Assembly (NCBI RefSeq): GCF_009914755.1
Contig: NC_060942.1
DNA length: 64,000 nucleotides
Origin: the human T2T-CHM13v2.0 reference genome, Homo sapiens
Strand: one strand, 5' to 3'
The notes beneath the pieces were generated by a model, which was given only the letters and a program-made list of their open reading frames with translations, ran no database searches and had not been told where the DNA came from. The position numbers and the translations under genes were made by a program. This document shows positions 50,141 to 64,000 of the stretch, piece by piece (the stretch's first letter is position 1; the number at the start of each line of letters is the position of its first letter).

Positions 50141-51273
50141 GGGAGATAGATAGATAGGCACATCACCTATTTTCTTAGGGTTCCAGGGCTTGTTGAATAC
50201 AAATTATCCAAATAAAACACAAAGGTTCTCCTCATATATACCAACCAAAACCCACAAAAAAATTTGTTATCCTTGTATTGTATGATCTCGTTGGACATCT
50301 GGCAGTGCTGGGAGGAATGAGCAGGTGGAATGAGCAGAGCCGCAGGATTGGGCCAGTCTTAAAGAGATGCTATCCGATGGTCAAAGGGCTAATACGATTA
50401 AGGAGTTAAGGACCAACATCGCCCACTGAGTTATTGCCAATTAGTAGCCAGGTTTCCCCAGCAGCCCCAAGCAAACATTATCACCAGCATTGATTACTGA
50501 TATCGCCCTTCTGTATCTCTGTTCTGGGTTCTAATGCAGACATAGAGAGAGAGAAATTAATTTGTGATTAAGACAGGCAAAGCACTCAGAACTGTAGACT
50601 CAAGATTGTCCTGGGAAATCTTCCATAGTGAAGATTTGGAGGGAACAACTCTTCTCTTCTCATTTCTCACTGGCATTTAATACTATGGAAAACATTCTGG
50701 TTGTGGAGTGTGAAGTCCTGGGCTACACTTTGGTTCTGCCCATGACCTGTCATTAATGCAACAGATTCTCCGGTATACAAAGGGGCTGTTTAATAATCAA
50801 ATGAGATACAAATGACAAACTTTTACAGTTGTAAAAACTACATGAAAACTTAATGATTTCATGAGTACTGTATATGAAAAATGTTTCTAATAATTGTAAC
50901 ATTCCATTGGTAGGATTCAGGTAGTGTGTTCTCTTAAGAGGCCCTAAAGAGAGGGAACATGCGCTGAGTGACAGCCCAGGAGGAAGCAGACACGTAAGGT
51001 GAGCTCGATCCACGAATATGCTCTAGACCTGTCAGTAACAGCCGCTTAGCCACTGAGCTAAGAGCTGAAGTCAGCAGGAGATGGAAACTGTCGGATCCTC
51101 ACCATGCTATCAAAGCAAATTCCAGCAGCAGGCACATTGCTGGTAAAAATAATGCTCAGAATTCATATTTTAATCACTTAAAATGCATTTACTCATAGTT
51201 TCTTCTTCATGGCTGAGGTGCATCACGACCCTTCCATGAGCTATTATACTCAAAGATAGAAAATAGTATCAGA

Positions 51274-51930
<657 letters not shown>

Positions 51931-52183
51931 CCAGATGTAGGTCAAAGGATGAAAAATATGAATAATAACAAAAGAAAGAAAGCTTTGTACTGTTAAAGGC
52001 TGGTGAGCATGAAAACAGAAGCTTCTGAACAGTTTTAAAGCGGGAGGGAGGGGTCAGGTGGGTCACTACACATAGTGTTGGAAGAGTGTGTTTTGCCCAA
52101 ATTGATCAAATGAGAAAAGGACTCAGTGTATCATAATGTACTAGGGAAAACAATCTGGGATACTGTAAGTCCTGCTTCCCCAG

Positions 52184-52519
52184 TGATATGGTTTTGCTGT
52201 GTCCCCACCCAAATCTCATCTTGAATAGTAGCTCCCATAATTTCCACGTGTTGAGGGAGAGACCTGGTAGAAGATAATTGAATCATGAGGGCAGGTTCCC
52301 CCATACTGTTCTTGTCATTGTGAATAAGTCTCAAGAGATCTGATGGTTTTATAAGGGGAAACCCCTATCGCTTGGCTCTCATTGCCGCTCTTGCCTTCTG
52401 CCATGATTGTGAGGCCTCCCCAGCCACATGGAACTGTTAGTCCATTAAACCTCTTTTTCTTTATAAATTACCCAGTCTTGGGTGTGTCTTTATTAGCAGC
52501 ATGAAAATGGACTAATATC
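52184..52519 (+). mobile_element. THE1-type MaLR solo LTR
   Basis: tgatatggttttgctgtgtccccacccaaatctcatcttgaat ... ggactaata; 5-bp TSD cccag. Confidence 0.92.
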
Positions 52520-53208
52520 CCCAGTCATTGAATTCCTGTAAACACAGGCAAACACATTAGTTTAGAATAGGTAAAACACTTAGTGTAACCAAACCCGAGG
52601 TTAATCATTCAACTTGCCAGTGAAACGCTTCCAACAGAGGAGAGGAGTCAGTGAGAGACGAATAAAGGACAGAGACACAAAAGCAGCCACACAGATCCAT
52701 AGTCAGAGGACAAAGCTGGAGGCAGCTTGGTGGAGCAGGTTGCTTCATGGTCAGCCAGTGAGCCCTTTGGGGTCAATGAGGGAAGGAAGTACCTTCCTTT
52801 TAGGGACAGGGACAGGGACAGAGATGGACCTACAGGGATCAAAGGCTACAGGCAGCTACAATGTAGGAAAAAAACACAGTCCAGGGCCGACCCTGGGGGA
52901 TTGACTTGGAGAGGAAAGTAGGATTCCAGTTCCCTGAGGAAGAGCCTCATGGGACTTGGCACATGGAGGGTGGTTGAGTACCCTGGTCTCTGAGCGTATC
53001 TGTTTCTATGGTTTTATCGTTGTCTATTCCCTCTAAGGTTGTTTATTTATTTACTTATGTATTTTTGAGTAACATTTGTAGCTTGCACACAGGAGATGCT
53101 AAGTATATGCTTACTGTATAGGGCATTCCAGGTGAGGTGCTTAACATAAGTTGCTCAGTTAACTCTCACAATATTTATTTAATAATAGATAATTAGAACC
53201 ATTTTTAA

Positions 53209-53556
<348 letters not shown>

Positions 53557-54060
53557 AATAGACCCATTTTAAAAATGAAAAACAAAAAGCCACAACCAGA
53601 GAAGTCACTCACATAAGGCTGCAAATTTGTAAAGTCCAGATTTGTACACAGTTCTGCCTTCTCTTATTATTTCAGGCTGCCTCTAAGTCAGCAGGACTGG
53701 GACCCTACAGGCATGGGTGCTGCCAGAAAGGGAGAGGGAAGAAGAGGAGTGTGGCTAAGGCGTGCTGTCCCTTCTGCGGGGGTTTCTTCATAGCGTTCCT
53801 CTCATTCCTGAAATTATTCCATTTCCAGTGGTATTGAGGGTGACCAGCAGACCCTGTTGTACCATGTCACTTAAAAAACGTAGTGCCTTTTTTTTTTTTT
53901 TTAAATACAGGAAACACAAAAACATTGTTAATATTTTAAAATTATCATTTGAATTTTACATTGTTACCTCCGGGGCACAGTGAATGATCATGGAAGCTAG
54001 ACAGAGGCTTGCCAAGCTGTCTCCCCGCAATACTCAGCTCAGCTACTTAAAGTGTAGGTG

Positions 54061-54075
54061 GTTGCTATGGGCAAC
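54061..54075. promoter_or_regulatory. RFX X-box-like palindrome
   Basis: GTTGCT ATG GGCAAC inside gtggttgc..gcaaccac, in non-repeat DNA. Confidence 0.5.
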
Positions 54076-55256
54076 CACTTAAATAAACTCAGGGAAAGTG
54101 TTGGGGAGTGAGGGCTGCGGAGTGCAGGCAGTTAATGGATTTACCTAATTCAAAACAAAACAAAACACCTATAAATTTTTCCCCAAGGATCATTCCTCCC
54201 TCCCGCTAATACTCCTCTACCTGAGATGATTGTTTTCTTTAAGACAGCCAAGGAAAGAGAAATGACAATGAGGATCTTAACCTGTTATCTGAATAGTGAA
54301 GTCCATCTCAAAATATTCAAAAAGGAAGAGAAGCTGGAAAATTCTAACTGTTGATCAAATATTACCACTGCTGTAAGTTAAAAAAAAATCCACCTAATTT
54401 TAAAATGGCCCCTAGATTGTTCTTCCCATGGTAGATTGCTTATACTCAACCCCGAGTGGCATAGTCTCAGAACCCAGTCTTCCCAGCAGGGAATTGGAAC
54501 AGCAGGTTTTATGATTATACTTTCCTATTTTGGTGGGTGGGAACATATTTTACTTTATATCTTGCTTTTTGCTTCATTTTCATTTTCTTTAAGTGATTAA
54601 GTGCTTTGAGATGCCAAGCCTTCATGTTTATTGAAGTTACTTTTACACTTTTAGCTAATTCCTGCACTCTTGTCCAAGGCCTGTACTCCCATGACCATGC
54701 TGATATGTTATGAATATCTCTTTTTGTTATAACTAGGCCTTTTTGTCTTCCATTCCTTTGCATAAAGAATATTACCCATTCAACTAGGGAAGTGGTTGTA
54801 TAAATTATAGTACAGGAATATAATGGAATACTTTGCCATTGTTAAAAAGAGTGTGGTTAACCCACAAGCATTTATATAAAACAATGTTTAAGACCTAATT
54901 TCAAGTGAAAAGAGCAAATTGTAGAACAGTATGTATAAAGAAAGTTTAGACATGGGTATATATAATATATGCTTAGAACATTTCTGAAAAGATTCATAAG
55001 AAACAGAATTCTTACCTCTATGGAGGGCTAAAAAGGGAATGAAGAGGGGAGGGGGACTTTAACACATTATTAAAATATTTCTTGGTGGTGTTAAAATTTT
55101 TATGAGTATTATATTTTGTAATAATAAAAAAGGAAATCTTCCCATTATTTCTAAATAAAAAAGAGACATGTGGGTATGGTGTATATTGGAGAATGGTGTA
55201 TCACTACGGCAAGCAAGACAAAATAATAGCAGCAGCAACAAGGAGATCTGACCTGT

Positions 55257-55670
55257 TGTATTAGGCTGTTTTTGGGTCACTAGAAAGAAATACTTGAAGC
55301 TGGGTAATTTATAAAGAAAAGGGTTTTAATCAGCTCATGATTCTGCAGGGTTTATAGGAAGCACGGTGCTGGTAGCTGCTTCTGGTGAGTCTTCAGGAAG
55401 CTTACAATCATGGCTGAAGGTGACAGGGTGTCAGCATGACACACGGTGAGAGCAAGGGAGCAAGAGGGTGGGGAGGTGCCACACTCTTGAACAACCAGAT
55501 CTTGCGTGAACTCAAAGTGAGAACCCAGTCGTGTTGATGAGGACGGCACCAAGCCATTCATTAGGGATCCGCCCCCAAGACCCAAACACCTTCCACCAGG
55601 CCCCACCTCCAACACTGGGGATTACATTTCAACATGGGATTTGGAGGGGACAAACACCCAAACTATACCA
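55257..55670 (-). mobile_element. MSTA/MSTB-type MaLR solo LTR
   Basis: tgtattaggctg...ctgggtaatttataaagaaaa ... caaacacccaaactatacca; 5-bp TSD cctgt. Confidence 0.9.
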
Positions 55671-56292
55671 CCTGTCCTTGGTTGGCTTTTGATTTTTGGT
55701 GTCCTTATTTATCTGTGTAACTTCGTATATCAGCCCTTTCCGGTACCATCCTAATCTCTGCTTCTACCATTCTTTCCCTGCAGCAGTACAACTTTCTCTT
55801 GTCTCTTACTTGATTTCAAACTGTCTCCAATTTGTCTCTCTCTATCTCATCTAGAGGCAGGCTAGTATAGTGGTTGATAACATGGGCTCTGAATTCAAAT
55901 CCCGACTGTGACACTTCTAGCTCTGTGACCTTGGAAAGTCAATTAAATTTATGTGCCCCAGTTTCCTCCTTGTATAACCTAGTTAATAATGATTCTTGTC
56001 TTATAGGTACTATTAGTTATTATGTGAATTGTGTCTGGCACAGAGGAAGTGCTTCTAAGTGTTAGTCATTACTATTCTTCAAGGTGATTTTTTGGGGGGT
56101 TAAAATTAGATATATTTCAACAAGAAAAACAAATAAAGAAGCCAAAAGAAAAAAGTAAGAGAAAAGCACAAGAAATGCAGCAAAAACCACCCAGAAAGCC
56201 TCTTCACGAGAAGAATGACTGCTGAGATGTTAGAAGATATCCTTCCATACATATATACTCATGTAAATAATATAGAATATACTTTCATCTAA

Positions 56293-56665
<373 letters not shown>

Positions 56666-57394
56666 CACGCAGGCCAGCTTTCTAAAACAACACTTACATC
56701 ACTTCATTATCTGGCTCGGCTATCAGTGGTTTCCTATTGCTCACTTTATTAAAACAAAATGAATTCTCTGGATATGTAAGGATCTTACTTAGAAAAGTCC
56801 TCACTTTCTATCCAAAGATGGCTTCCCATTTTTAAATACTCTTCTAATACATCAGTCAGCTTAATTTCTTTATACTCAGACAAAATTCCTCCTCCGTAGT
56901 CTGTTGCCTCTCAGTGATTATTCAGATTCCAAATCGAATCCTTTCTCTTTCATGAAGTCATCCCTTCCTATTTTCAATTCCTATTAGTTTTTCTTTTTTT
57001 TGGACAAATATAGCACTTTTAGTTAGCGGTAACATACATAATGTAATTTCAAAACTTACAAATAATGATACAAAATTGTTTTCATTGCTCTTGGCGGCAC
57101 TGAATCGTGTATGTGCAGTGGAGACAGAGCCTTATAGCTCTCTTGTCTCCCTCAGGGCATTTAGCAGCTTGAAAACTTTGATTCCTCTGGAAAGAAGTCT
57201 TGGTTGAGAGTGAGATGACTTGGGTCCTAAACCTTGCTGAAGAGCTTAAGCGAGGCACCTCTTTACTTGGGGCCTCCATATCCTCATTTGCAATATAAAA
57301 GGGTTGGAATCATCTTTGAGGTTCCTTTTAGTTTTGCTTCTAAGATTTTTTATTCATTCTCTCTCTGAAGAAAGGCTACCTAAAAATAATGCCA

Positions 57395-57570
57395 TTGGTA
57401 AAGTGGTAAATGTTTAGAAACTGACTTTTTGGGAGGAAGAAGCTCTGCCTCGCAGAGCGTGTCGATTTCCATGGTGTAAATATTTCCATCACGGCCAATA
57501 TCAGGCTCCCAGGATGACAAAACTGAATATGGAGTTGGGAAGAGATGTCCACCATTGGCTCTCATTGGAC
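57395..57570. mobile_element. MER63-like hAT DNA transposon relic
   Basis: tggtaaatgtttag...cgatttccatggtgtaaatatttccatcacggccaat. Confidence 0.55.
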
Positions 57571-58339
57571 GACTGGACCCCCCCTAGCATTGTGGAGTGG
57601 CTCCTTTCAATGAAGAAATGCAGCCTCAGGCTAGATGAGCACAGCCAGCTAGCTTCGTCTCCAGCTTCTCTCACTCTAAAACTCCAACACAATCTTTCTT
57701 CACTGAGTGGAGAAGGCGACGACAATGGAAAGTGCTCCCAGCTTGGCTTTTCAAACCCAGGCTCTGAAGGCACAAACCCCAGGAGGAGGCCAGTCTTCTC
57801 AGGCACTTGTACCCACAGCAGTGTCCATCTCTTTTGGAATCTGGCACAGGAATGATGCTACCGAGGTGGTGGCAATTTTATATGCAGTTGGTAATTTGGA
57901 TCTGTTCCGAGAGCTCTCAGCTCTGCCTTTTCTGGGAAAGAGGTGTGGTCCAAAGAACTAAAAGAAGGTTCTGAGCTGTAAGTCAAGAACAATGTACAGA
58001 TGGTGGAAACAGTCTCCAGACTGTTCAGGGAAAAGTCCTCAGAGTTTCATGAGTCAGTGGGAGGAAAGAAGTTGGAGAGAAAGTAGAGGGCTGGAGCCGA
58101 AGACCCAGGCTCTGCCTTGTGAGGCTCACAACCATGAGAAAGCCTTGGTGTATCAGTAAAGTGTTGGTTAAAAATCAACTCGAAATTCCTTCTGACACCG
58201 TTGGGAGGATCTTATCATATGTACTAAAAACATTTGATGACTGTTATTTATACTTATTTATGTTAAACAATAGGAAGAAAATTAAAATATTACTAGCTAT
58301 CAGGATAGATGATATTTTCTCTTCATTGGTTTATGTAGG

Positions 58340-58342
<3 letters not shown>

Positions 58343-58394
<52 letters not shown>

Positions 58395-58668
58395 TTTTGA
58401 GACAGTCTGGCTCTGTCGGCCAGGCTAGGGTACAGTGGCAAGATCTTGGTTCACTGCAACCTCTGCCTCCCGAGTTCAAGTGACTCAGCCTCCTGAGTAG
58501 CTGGGATCACAGGCGCACGCCACCACACCCAGCTAATTTTTGTATTTTTAGTAGAAATGGGGTTTTGCCATATTGGTCAGGCTGGTCTTGAGCTCCTGGC
58601 CTCAAGTGATCTGCCTGCCCTGGCCTCCCAAAGTGCTGGGATTACAGGCATGGGCCACCAAGCCCAGC
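58343..58668 (-). mobile_element. Alu SINE with (AT)n microsatellite in its tail (58343-58389)
   Basis: Pure AT run followed by poly-T and antisense Alu body. Confidence 0.94.
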
Positions 58669-61600
58669 CACAGATAATTTTTAAAGAATGTTGCAGTAGT
58701 TAATGTGATCATTGAAGAACACCCTTCCCAACTTCAAAAGGACTAGTTAATGCTGGTGCTCCCTGCCCCCTCATAGAACTAGAAGGAACTGGGATTCCCC
58801 AGATGAACTGAAGGAAATACGCTAATATTCAAAGTGGATAACAATACTAGGGATGGCTGCGTGGATATTTTTAACATGCTAATGTGTACCTGCCAGACTG
58901 AGCTCCCAGCCTCCAGGTGGGCTGGCAATGCAAAGTAGGGTTGAGAAGGAACAGGGAGCTTTTCAGAGAACCACAGATTCAGAAGCAGAGGGAGGGGGAA
59001 GAATTGAAGAGAACACAGACGCAGTGAAAGGATGCTGGGCAGATGTTAGATGGCAGCTCAACTCAACCACTGCGCATTAAAGTTACTCATGGAGGGTACT
59101 GTTCAGGGCACTTTAGGCATAGAGGGATTGTGTAATGATGCGTTAGCATTTGTTCAACATCCCCTCTGGGATGACGACTCTGTGCCAAGTGCTTCAAAAA
59201 CATTCTTTCAGATAGCATTGAATCTCTTCCTACACGAGGGACAGAGAAAATAAACCAGTGCTTAAGAAAGCTATATTACCTTGAGAAATGTTAACACAGT
59301 GCTTCGGGAATTCTTAGGAGGAAGAAATAATGGCTGACAGCCAGAGGTTAAATTTGAGAAGAAGATTTAAAAGAATGGAGACTTTCTTCTCATCTTCTCC
59401 CCCATTAGATCGCAAGTTCTGTTGTACTGGGAATCCTGACTACTATAATATATCCCAATGCTTAGCACATAGTAGGTGGCCAAAACTGATAATAATGATG
59501 GCGATAGCTAACATATGTGGAGCAACTACTGTGTGCCAGGGACTGTGCTAAGTGCGCCACATACACTGCACCTTCTCGAATCTGCATAATTACCCTTGAA
59601 CAACCAGTGGCTTGTTGAAGTGGCGTGATGTTACTTCCCATACAAGTGTTCTGTGCTTGTAAGGGAATAGCAGGAAAGAAGATCTCAAAGGAGAATGGAG
59701 TCTTACTGTGACACTTTTGAATGTTACATTTGGAACTTTGTGCCTAGACAACATGGGATTCAGAGATAATTTTTTAGCAACCTGGTAGAAAGTCTTAGAG
59801 AAGGAGTTGGAGCAGAGAGAGGCTGGGGGCGTCAATACAAATTGGTCCATTGCAATCACTCAAGTGAAAAATAGTAAAGCTGGAAGAGGTAAGAGGTGAG
59901 TTGCAAAGTTTCAAGACTGTATTTAAAAAATGGTCATTCCACTGATAGAAAGGGAAGTGTCAGGAAGAGAAGTGATATATTTAGGGAGTACTGTGTTATG
60001 TGGGTGCTTTGAAATCTCTTCTTCCTGAATGCTGAGCTTGAAAATACAGGATCAATGCACATGATCAGACGATGGTGCAGATCTTATGCTAAAGTCTTAG
60101 ACTCTTTAGGCTGTAAAGATCTTATATAGATATTTTGTCTGTCTTGCTCAGGCAGAATTATCAAAGGTCTCAGAGGAATATAACTCAGCTTGTTTCAAAA
60201 GAGGCCTTGGAAGTTTTCTCTAACAATTTCCAAATTAATTGATGTGATAATTAATAACTTTGCACTTAGAAGTTCCTCCTTGCAGCTAACCTGAATTCCT
60301 TGGGCTGCAATTTTGATCTCATTTCCTCCTGGTTTATAGATAGGAATGTTGATGATGTTGCTATTTCAAATGCATCTTCTGTAAAGATACATTTATTTAG
60401 GACTTACACCCAGCTTGCTTCTAAAAAGGATTAGAGGCAGCTCCTAATATGTCCACCTAGGCTTCCTTTTAAAGAAGCTTTTCTCATTCCTGCAAAATGT
60501 CTTCCATCTGCATGCATAAGAAGAATTTCTTTAATAATAAATGATACAGCAAAAGTAAAGCTAATAACGAACTATGCTGACAAAATAGTAACCTGTAAAC
60601 AAAACAAAACAAAAACAAAAAGAAACAAAAAACCACAATCCTTTCTTATGCCAGGCAATGCAGATTTTTCTCATCAGAAAATAATTTTGACCAAAACTAT
60701 CAATTTTAACACCGCCAGCCTCTGAATTTTAAGTTCCTTTCTTCTTTGTAGTGCCTGCTTTTGCCATTCTTAGACTCGTGTGTGTGTATGTGTCTGTGTG
60801 TATTTTTCTCTTCCACTTGACTCTGGAAAACCAGATTTTAGTAAAGCATTTAGTGAATATTGAAACCAAGGTATAAATGATGGACACAGTACTTAAATTA
60901 TTAAAGGTACCAAATGTTTGTTGCATGAATAAATGAGTGAGTGAGTGATTGCATGAATATAATTTGTGATTGTAATTAGGGTGTTCTCTTTACCTCGTTG
61001 TCTGCACTTTAACGGGAACATAGATATTAAATTGAATAAATGGCAGGTGGCAGACAGAAAAGACGAAGGAATTTTGAGGCTCTCTGCAAAGAGAAGCCGT
61101 CCTGGAAGGACAGTGGGCAGCATCTCTGATCAGCACTACCTAAAGGAAGTGAGGAGTCTTTGTTGCCAGAAACCTTAGCCAGGGCCTTCCCTGCTCCCCT
61201 CCCTCTGCTGTCTTAGGGCTTTGTTTACACAGCCCCTTGAAGCCAGCTGTCAAGGGTGCAAACCTGGTCTGCCATCCTTTGAAGAAGGTTCAGGTTACAC
61301 ATGGTAAGCCACAGAACAGAGAAGGCCCAGGATTCATTATTGTATTAGTCTCCACAGAGCTGAACCCAGGCTCCTAAGAGTCCGTCCCTTCTTCCTGTGT
61401 CCTCTGTCAGCCAGCGCCTTCTGCAGCTCTGATCCTTTGGTCATTGGTCCTTCTTTCCTGCACCTGAGGCTAAGCCTGAGTCAAGATGTTCTCAAGATCC
61501 TTCCTGTTTCAGCTGCATGTCTGATGTTTACACTTGCGACTCAGAACTCACTTCACTGCAGGCTTCTGACGCCCCTTCAAATCCATGCTTCACTCTCACA

Positions 61601-61980
61601 ATCTGTTTTGAATGTCTGTTTTTCCTGGGTACCACTTCTCAGTTGTCCACACCCAGTTGATCTTCCTTTCCCCTCCATTATTAAACATCTTTTAAATAGC
61701 TCATCACTGCAGTCTTAGTAAGTTCAACTTTCCATCCAGCTTTTTATCTTTTCTGGTTTCAACACCTGGGCTCAAATCTTAGCTCTGACATTTGATTGAT
61801 AGGTAACCTTAAAAAAGTTATTTAATCTCTCTGAGATGGAAATTTGTCATTTGTAAAATGGGCAAAATTGCATGCATAGAGTTCTGATGATCAAAAGAAA
61901 ACACGTATGTAAAGCCCGTAGCACTCAGTCAGGCACTTAGAACCTTGTCAAAATGTAAATATCCCTCCTACTTAAAAAAA

Positions 61981-62142
61981 AATTATTTTAAGTTTTGGGA
62001 TACGTGTACAGGATGTGCAGGTTTGTTACATAGGTAAACGTGTGCATGGTGGTTTGCTGCACCTATCAACCCATCACCTAGGTATTAAGCCCAGCATGCA
62101 TTAGCTATTTATCCTGATGCTCTCTCCCTCCCCCAATCCCTG
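61981..62142 (-). mobile_element. Short L1PA-type 3' end
   Basis: gtgcaggtttgttacataggtaaacgtgtg...ccatcacctaggtattaagcccagcatgcattagctattt. Confidence 0.88.
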
Positions 62143-62285
62143 ACTCCTAACTTTTAAAAATGTCTCATTCCTTCTCTCTAGAAAAGTATCGGGACTTTCT
62201 TTTATTCTTTTGCCTCCTTTAAAGGCACACAAGGAGTTCTCTCCTCTCTATAGTCATGATCATTGTAGAGACTTTTCAGTCTACG

Positions 62286-62326
62286 CAGGCTTCCTTTCAA
62301 CACAGGCTTCCTTTCAACACAGGCTT
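62286..62326 (+). repeat. 17-bp tandem repeat, ~2.4 copies
   Basis: caggcttcctttcaaca x2 then caggctt. Confidence 0.9.
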
Positions 62327-62620
62327 TTCTAAAGAGTAATTATATAGCAAGAAACCAGGATTTGGTACAGACTACAATACTCACACATGCCCACATCATT
62401 TGGAGGAGGGCATTCATATCCCAATGAAGGAACATTTTTTTAAAAACTAGGAGTGGTGATCTGGGACTCAATGTAATAGGCGATTGCTTGTATTAGCTGT
62501 TTTTTTCTTTTTTAAATAAAGCTGATTTCTAACAAATATTTGAAAGGTATTTAGATAATTTGTAGATGAGCAAGTGATAATTTTTCTGTGAGCAAGAATG
62601 ACTTTCCCTGTTTTAAACGT

Positions 62621-62780
62621 GTCGCGTTTCTTATTATATTGGAAAGTGGGAGTGGGGAGTTAGAAGTATAGAGGATAATAGAAGAAAGTATTATAGTCAG
62701 GTCGCGTTTCTTATTATATTGGAAAGTGGGAGTGGGGAGTTAGAAGTATAGAGGATAATAGAAGAAAGTATTATAGTCAG
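62621..62780 (+). repeat. Perfect tandem duplication, 2 x 80 bp
   Basis: gtcgcgtttc...ttatagtcag at 62621-62700 repeated identically at 62701-62780. Confidence 0.97.
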
Positions 62781-64000
62781 GGAAGAATGGGACACTACCC
62801 TGGGTTTATATCACTGATCACTGAGGACGTAAATTCACAATTTCGTGTGGCAGGTTGTATTTTCTTGTTCTCCCTACTTTGTGAGGAGCATTTGCTATTA
62901 TACGTTACAATGATACGGAGGAACAGGTAGGAGAGGAACAAAAAAGCATTTAGGCAAAACAGAGACATTTCATACTACTTAGAACAGAGATGGGATGATA
63001 CAAATTGCTATGTTCCCAATACAGTTCATATCTTTGGGGAAAAAATAGCGATGCTCCAATCTTCATCCCATCCCCCTCTTTCTCTAACAAGAAAAGGAAA
63101 ACGAGGAGCAGTAGGTAGGTAGGAGGGGAGTGTATGACGTGAGGAACAGGCAAGGACACAGCATGTCCAGGAGGAGAAAAGGGGAGCAAAAAACGTATAC
63201 AAGATAAACAACAACAACAACAAAAGAGACTCCAGCAAGAGGCTATGGTTTTGGGCTCCTCACGTAGAAATCAATGCATTTAAAATATCCAGAATTAAAG
63301 TTGAAGAAGAACACTCCATCTACCTCTTCTCAAATTATTTTCTTTACCAATACTACTTCCTTTTGTCTTTAAACTGTGAACCACTACTCTACTGTGCCTT
63401 GTTCTTACAATTATACACGTCAGTGCTGAAAGGTTCCTGGGAGACATTTCCTGTAGACTAAGGATAGCACCTGTGGGCATCTCGGATCGATGAATCATGG
63501 TGGCTGGAGCACTGCATTGAGACTGGTTCAGGGGCTCAGTCTGTTCTCAATGGGTAGGGTGATGGAATCCATCAATGCTGGGATTGGCTAATGCTGTCTT
63601 CCACAGGTTTGGGGTGGGAGGAGTTGTAGGGAGAGCCGCCCAAGTGGTGCCATCCATGCTAAGAGACTGAGACTCTCATTTACGAGGAGGTTCAGAGACA
63701 TTAATCAATTTGCCAAAAGGCACACAGCTACTTAGTATTTTTCCAAATTTAAATTTAAATTTTTCCAATTTATCTAAAACAAACAAACAAACAAAGGTTC
63801 AGGGCCAGGGGGAAAAATGAAGATTAAGAGGATTAACCATCCTGAAAATGAAAAATGATTTGCCTTCAAGGCATTTAGAACTGAAAATAAATCTTCCTGA
63901 AGCCTTTTGTTAGACACTTTATCAAAATTGCTAGGAGCTCTGACTGGCTCTCTTGCAACAGCCTGGAATCCTTCTCCCCAGTTTCAGAGGAGTTTCAAAA

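Noticed and set aside
57501-57961. 113-aa ORF and neighbours in mostly unique DNA
   Set aside because: No recognisable homology, partly overlaps a DNA-transposon relic, and the length is within chance.

Overview
Primate (human-like) genomic DNA that looks intergenic or intronic. It is dominated by interspersed repeats: about 33 Alu copies or monomers, several decayed L1s, L2 relics, MaLR/ERVL/ERV1 solo LTRs (several with target-site duplications), a decayed ERVL-type pol fragment, and Tigger/hAT DNA-transposon relics. I find no credible protein-coding gene; the ORF track is mostly Alu, L1 or simple-repeat translation. The best non-routine signals are: (1) a ~240-bp, ~92%-identical inverted duplication enclosing ~875 bp, with a complex junction; (2) a small CpG island at ~25.8-26.1 kb followed by a G-U-rich nested RNA-like hairpin, a CTCF-like site in a MER5 copy and two splice-compatible + strand exons (candidate lncRNA); (3) a second CpG-enriched promoter-like patch with a strong minus-strand donor at ~38.75-39.1 kb; (4) a perfect 80-bp and an older 127-bp tandem duplication. 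Repeat family and subfamily names come from my recall of consensus sequences, and boundaries are approximate unless a TSD is quoted. I cannot support a claim of a new multi-gene system.
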